From assembly GCA_963675745.2 (NCBI GenBank), contig CAXXWX010000002.1, forward strand, positions 55,374 through 119,373: a stretch of DNA of 64,000 nucleotides, given 5' to 3'. The notes below the pieces were generated by a model that did no database searches, was not told the origin of the DNA, and saw nothing but the letters and a program-made list of their open reading frames with translations. The DNA comes from Phycisphaerae bacterium (GTDB lineage Bacteria > Planctomycetota > Phycisphaerae > UBA1845 > Fen-1342). The translations under genes were made by a program, and so were the position numbers. Positions 63,117-64,000 of this stretch are shown here, piece by piece (within the stretch, counting starts at the first letter, position 1; each line of letters starts with the position of its first letter).

Positions 63117-63145
63117 TTGACCCGACCGGCTCAACTTGTTAGCCT
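63117..63145 (+). promoter_or_regulatory. sigma70-type promoter of the riboswitch transcript
   Basis: TTGACC-N17-TAGCCT with a TG extension, ending ~8 nt before the aptamer. Confidence 0.6.
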
Positions 63146-63153
63146 GCGCACAT

Positions 63154-63374
63154 CGGTTGCTGGTGTTCGCGCACTCGTGGTGTGCGGAAGAATAGGGAAT
63201 CCGGTGAGAATCCGGAGCGGCCCCGCCGCTGTGACCGGGAACGAACGCTGCCTGGTTAGTCATTGGCCCGCCTTGGCGGGCTGAGAAGACGCAGCTAGTA
63301 GGCCGCTGAGCCGCCTCGCGCGAGATGGTGTGCTCGGCAACGCCCGGAAGTCAGAAGACCTGCCAGTCAGACCA
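63154..63374 (+). promoter_or_regulatory. Cobalamin (B12) riboswitch
   Basis: AATAGGGAATCCGGTGAGAATCCGGAGCGGCCCCGCCGCTGTGA core, CATTGG...GAGAAG element, B12 box GTCAGAAGACCTGCC. Confidence 0.95.
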
Positions 63375-63632
63375 TACATCGGAATGCCTTCGAGGGAAGG
63401 TCGGTGTTTACGTACACTCACTTCGGTAAAGCCTGCGGGCTTCCCATGCTACAAGTGAATTCGCCTGCCCACGCGGCATGCACTGTGCGCTTGACAACCG
63501 TAACCCTCGGACGTGCAGCGCTGCGCCGTCTATTGCCGGCGCGCGCCCTCGACTGTCGAATGGCCCTTGGAGGAGCGGCCGCGGCGGCTGAGGTTCTTGG
63601 GAAGGAAGCTGCTTTCGAGGAGGAGGTTGCAA

Positions 63633-64000
63633 GTGAGAGGATTGAGGCTACTGGTTGTGGGGGTGACTGCCTGGAGCGCCATGGGCACCACCGTCGCGCA
63701 GCTTGATTTCACACCGGCCCCGGGTTTCGTCGCAGACGAAGTCTGGTCCGGCAGCGGCGCCGCACACTTCGCTGTCGAGGGTGGTGCTCTCTACATCTAC
63801 GGGGCCGAGGCCATTGGCGGCGGGCAGTTCCAGAACGTGGTGAGACTCTTCGATGGCGCCGCGACGACCGAGATCGCCCGTTCACCGGCGTACGCGCAAG
63901 ACACGTATTTCCCAGACACAATCGCCGTGGCAAATGGTGAGGTCTACTGGACGCACGCCACCAGTTACCCCACCGGCAGTCATGCTAATCTCTACAAGAC
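63633..64000 (+). CDS. Secreted protein of unknown function, truncated by the window end (not in the ORF track)
   Basis: GAGGAGGAGG RBS and GTG start; MRGLRLLVVGVTAWSAMGTTVAQLDFTPAPGF...ALYIYG...VAVANGEVYW-like strands; open to the end of the window. Confidence 0.75.
   Translation, partial: MRGLRLLVVGVTAWSAMGTTVAQLDFTPAPGFVADEVWSGSGAAHFAVEGGALYIYGAEAIGGGQFQNVVRLFDGAATTEIARSPAYAQDTYFPDTIAVANGEVYWTHATSYPTGSHANLYK

Overview
GC-rich bacterial chromosomal window, most likely Planctomycetota (Phycisphaerae-like). This is inferred from the LpxC-FabZ fusion, PEP-CTERM proteins, GDxNCDGxVNNGDID dockerin-like tails and the MoxR/DUF58/vWA operon. Most of it is housekeeping: infB-DUF503-rbfA, kdsD, rluD-dacB-skp-lpxD-lpxC/fabZ-lpxA-gnnA-like, alpha2-type glyQS, rsmG, trmJ, archease-rtcB-apgM, nhaA and PiT/DUF47. 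It also holds two complete IS elements (ISAs1, IS1380), a cobalamin riboswitch, and many REP/MITE-like palindromes and 7-8-mer tandem tracts. Five genes carry single-base frameshifts in short homopolymer runs, including the essential infB, so these are most likely assembly errors. Correcting them reveals two hidden proteins. One is a fused CdaA-CdaR diadenylate cyclase with degenerate catalytic motifs, coupled to a pseudouridine synthase lacking its catalytic Asp and followed by a giant coiled-coil two-TM protein. The other is a bacterial lipoprotein consisting of an AMOP-like domain, a family known from animal isthmin/MUC4/SUSD2. Also notable are an isobutyryl-CoA-mutase-type B12 mutase, a helical protein with a histone-H1-like tail next to rbfA, and a B12-riboswitch-controlled secreted protein that does not look like BtuB. 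All family calls are by-eye motif recognition; no database searches were run.
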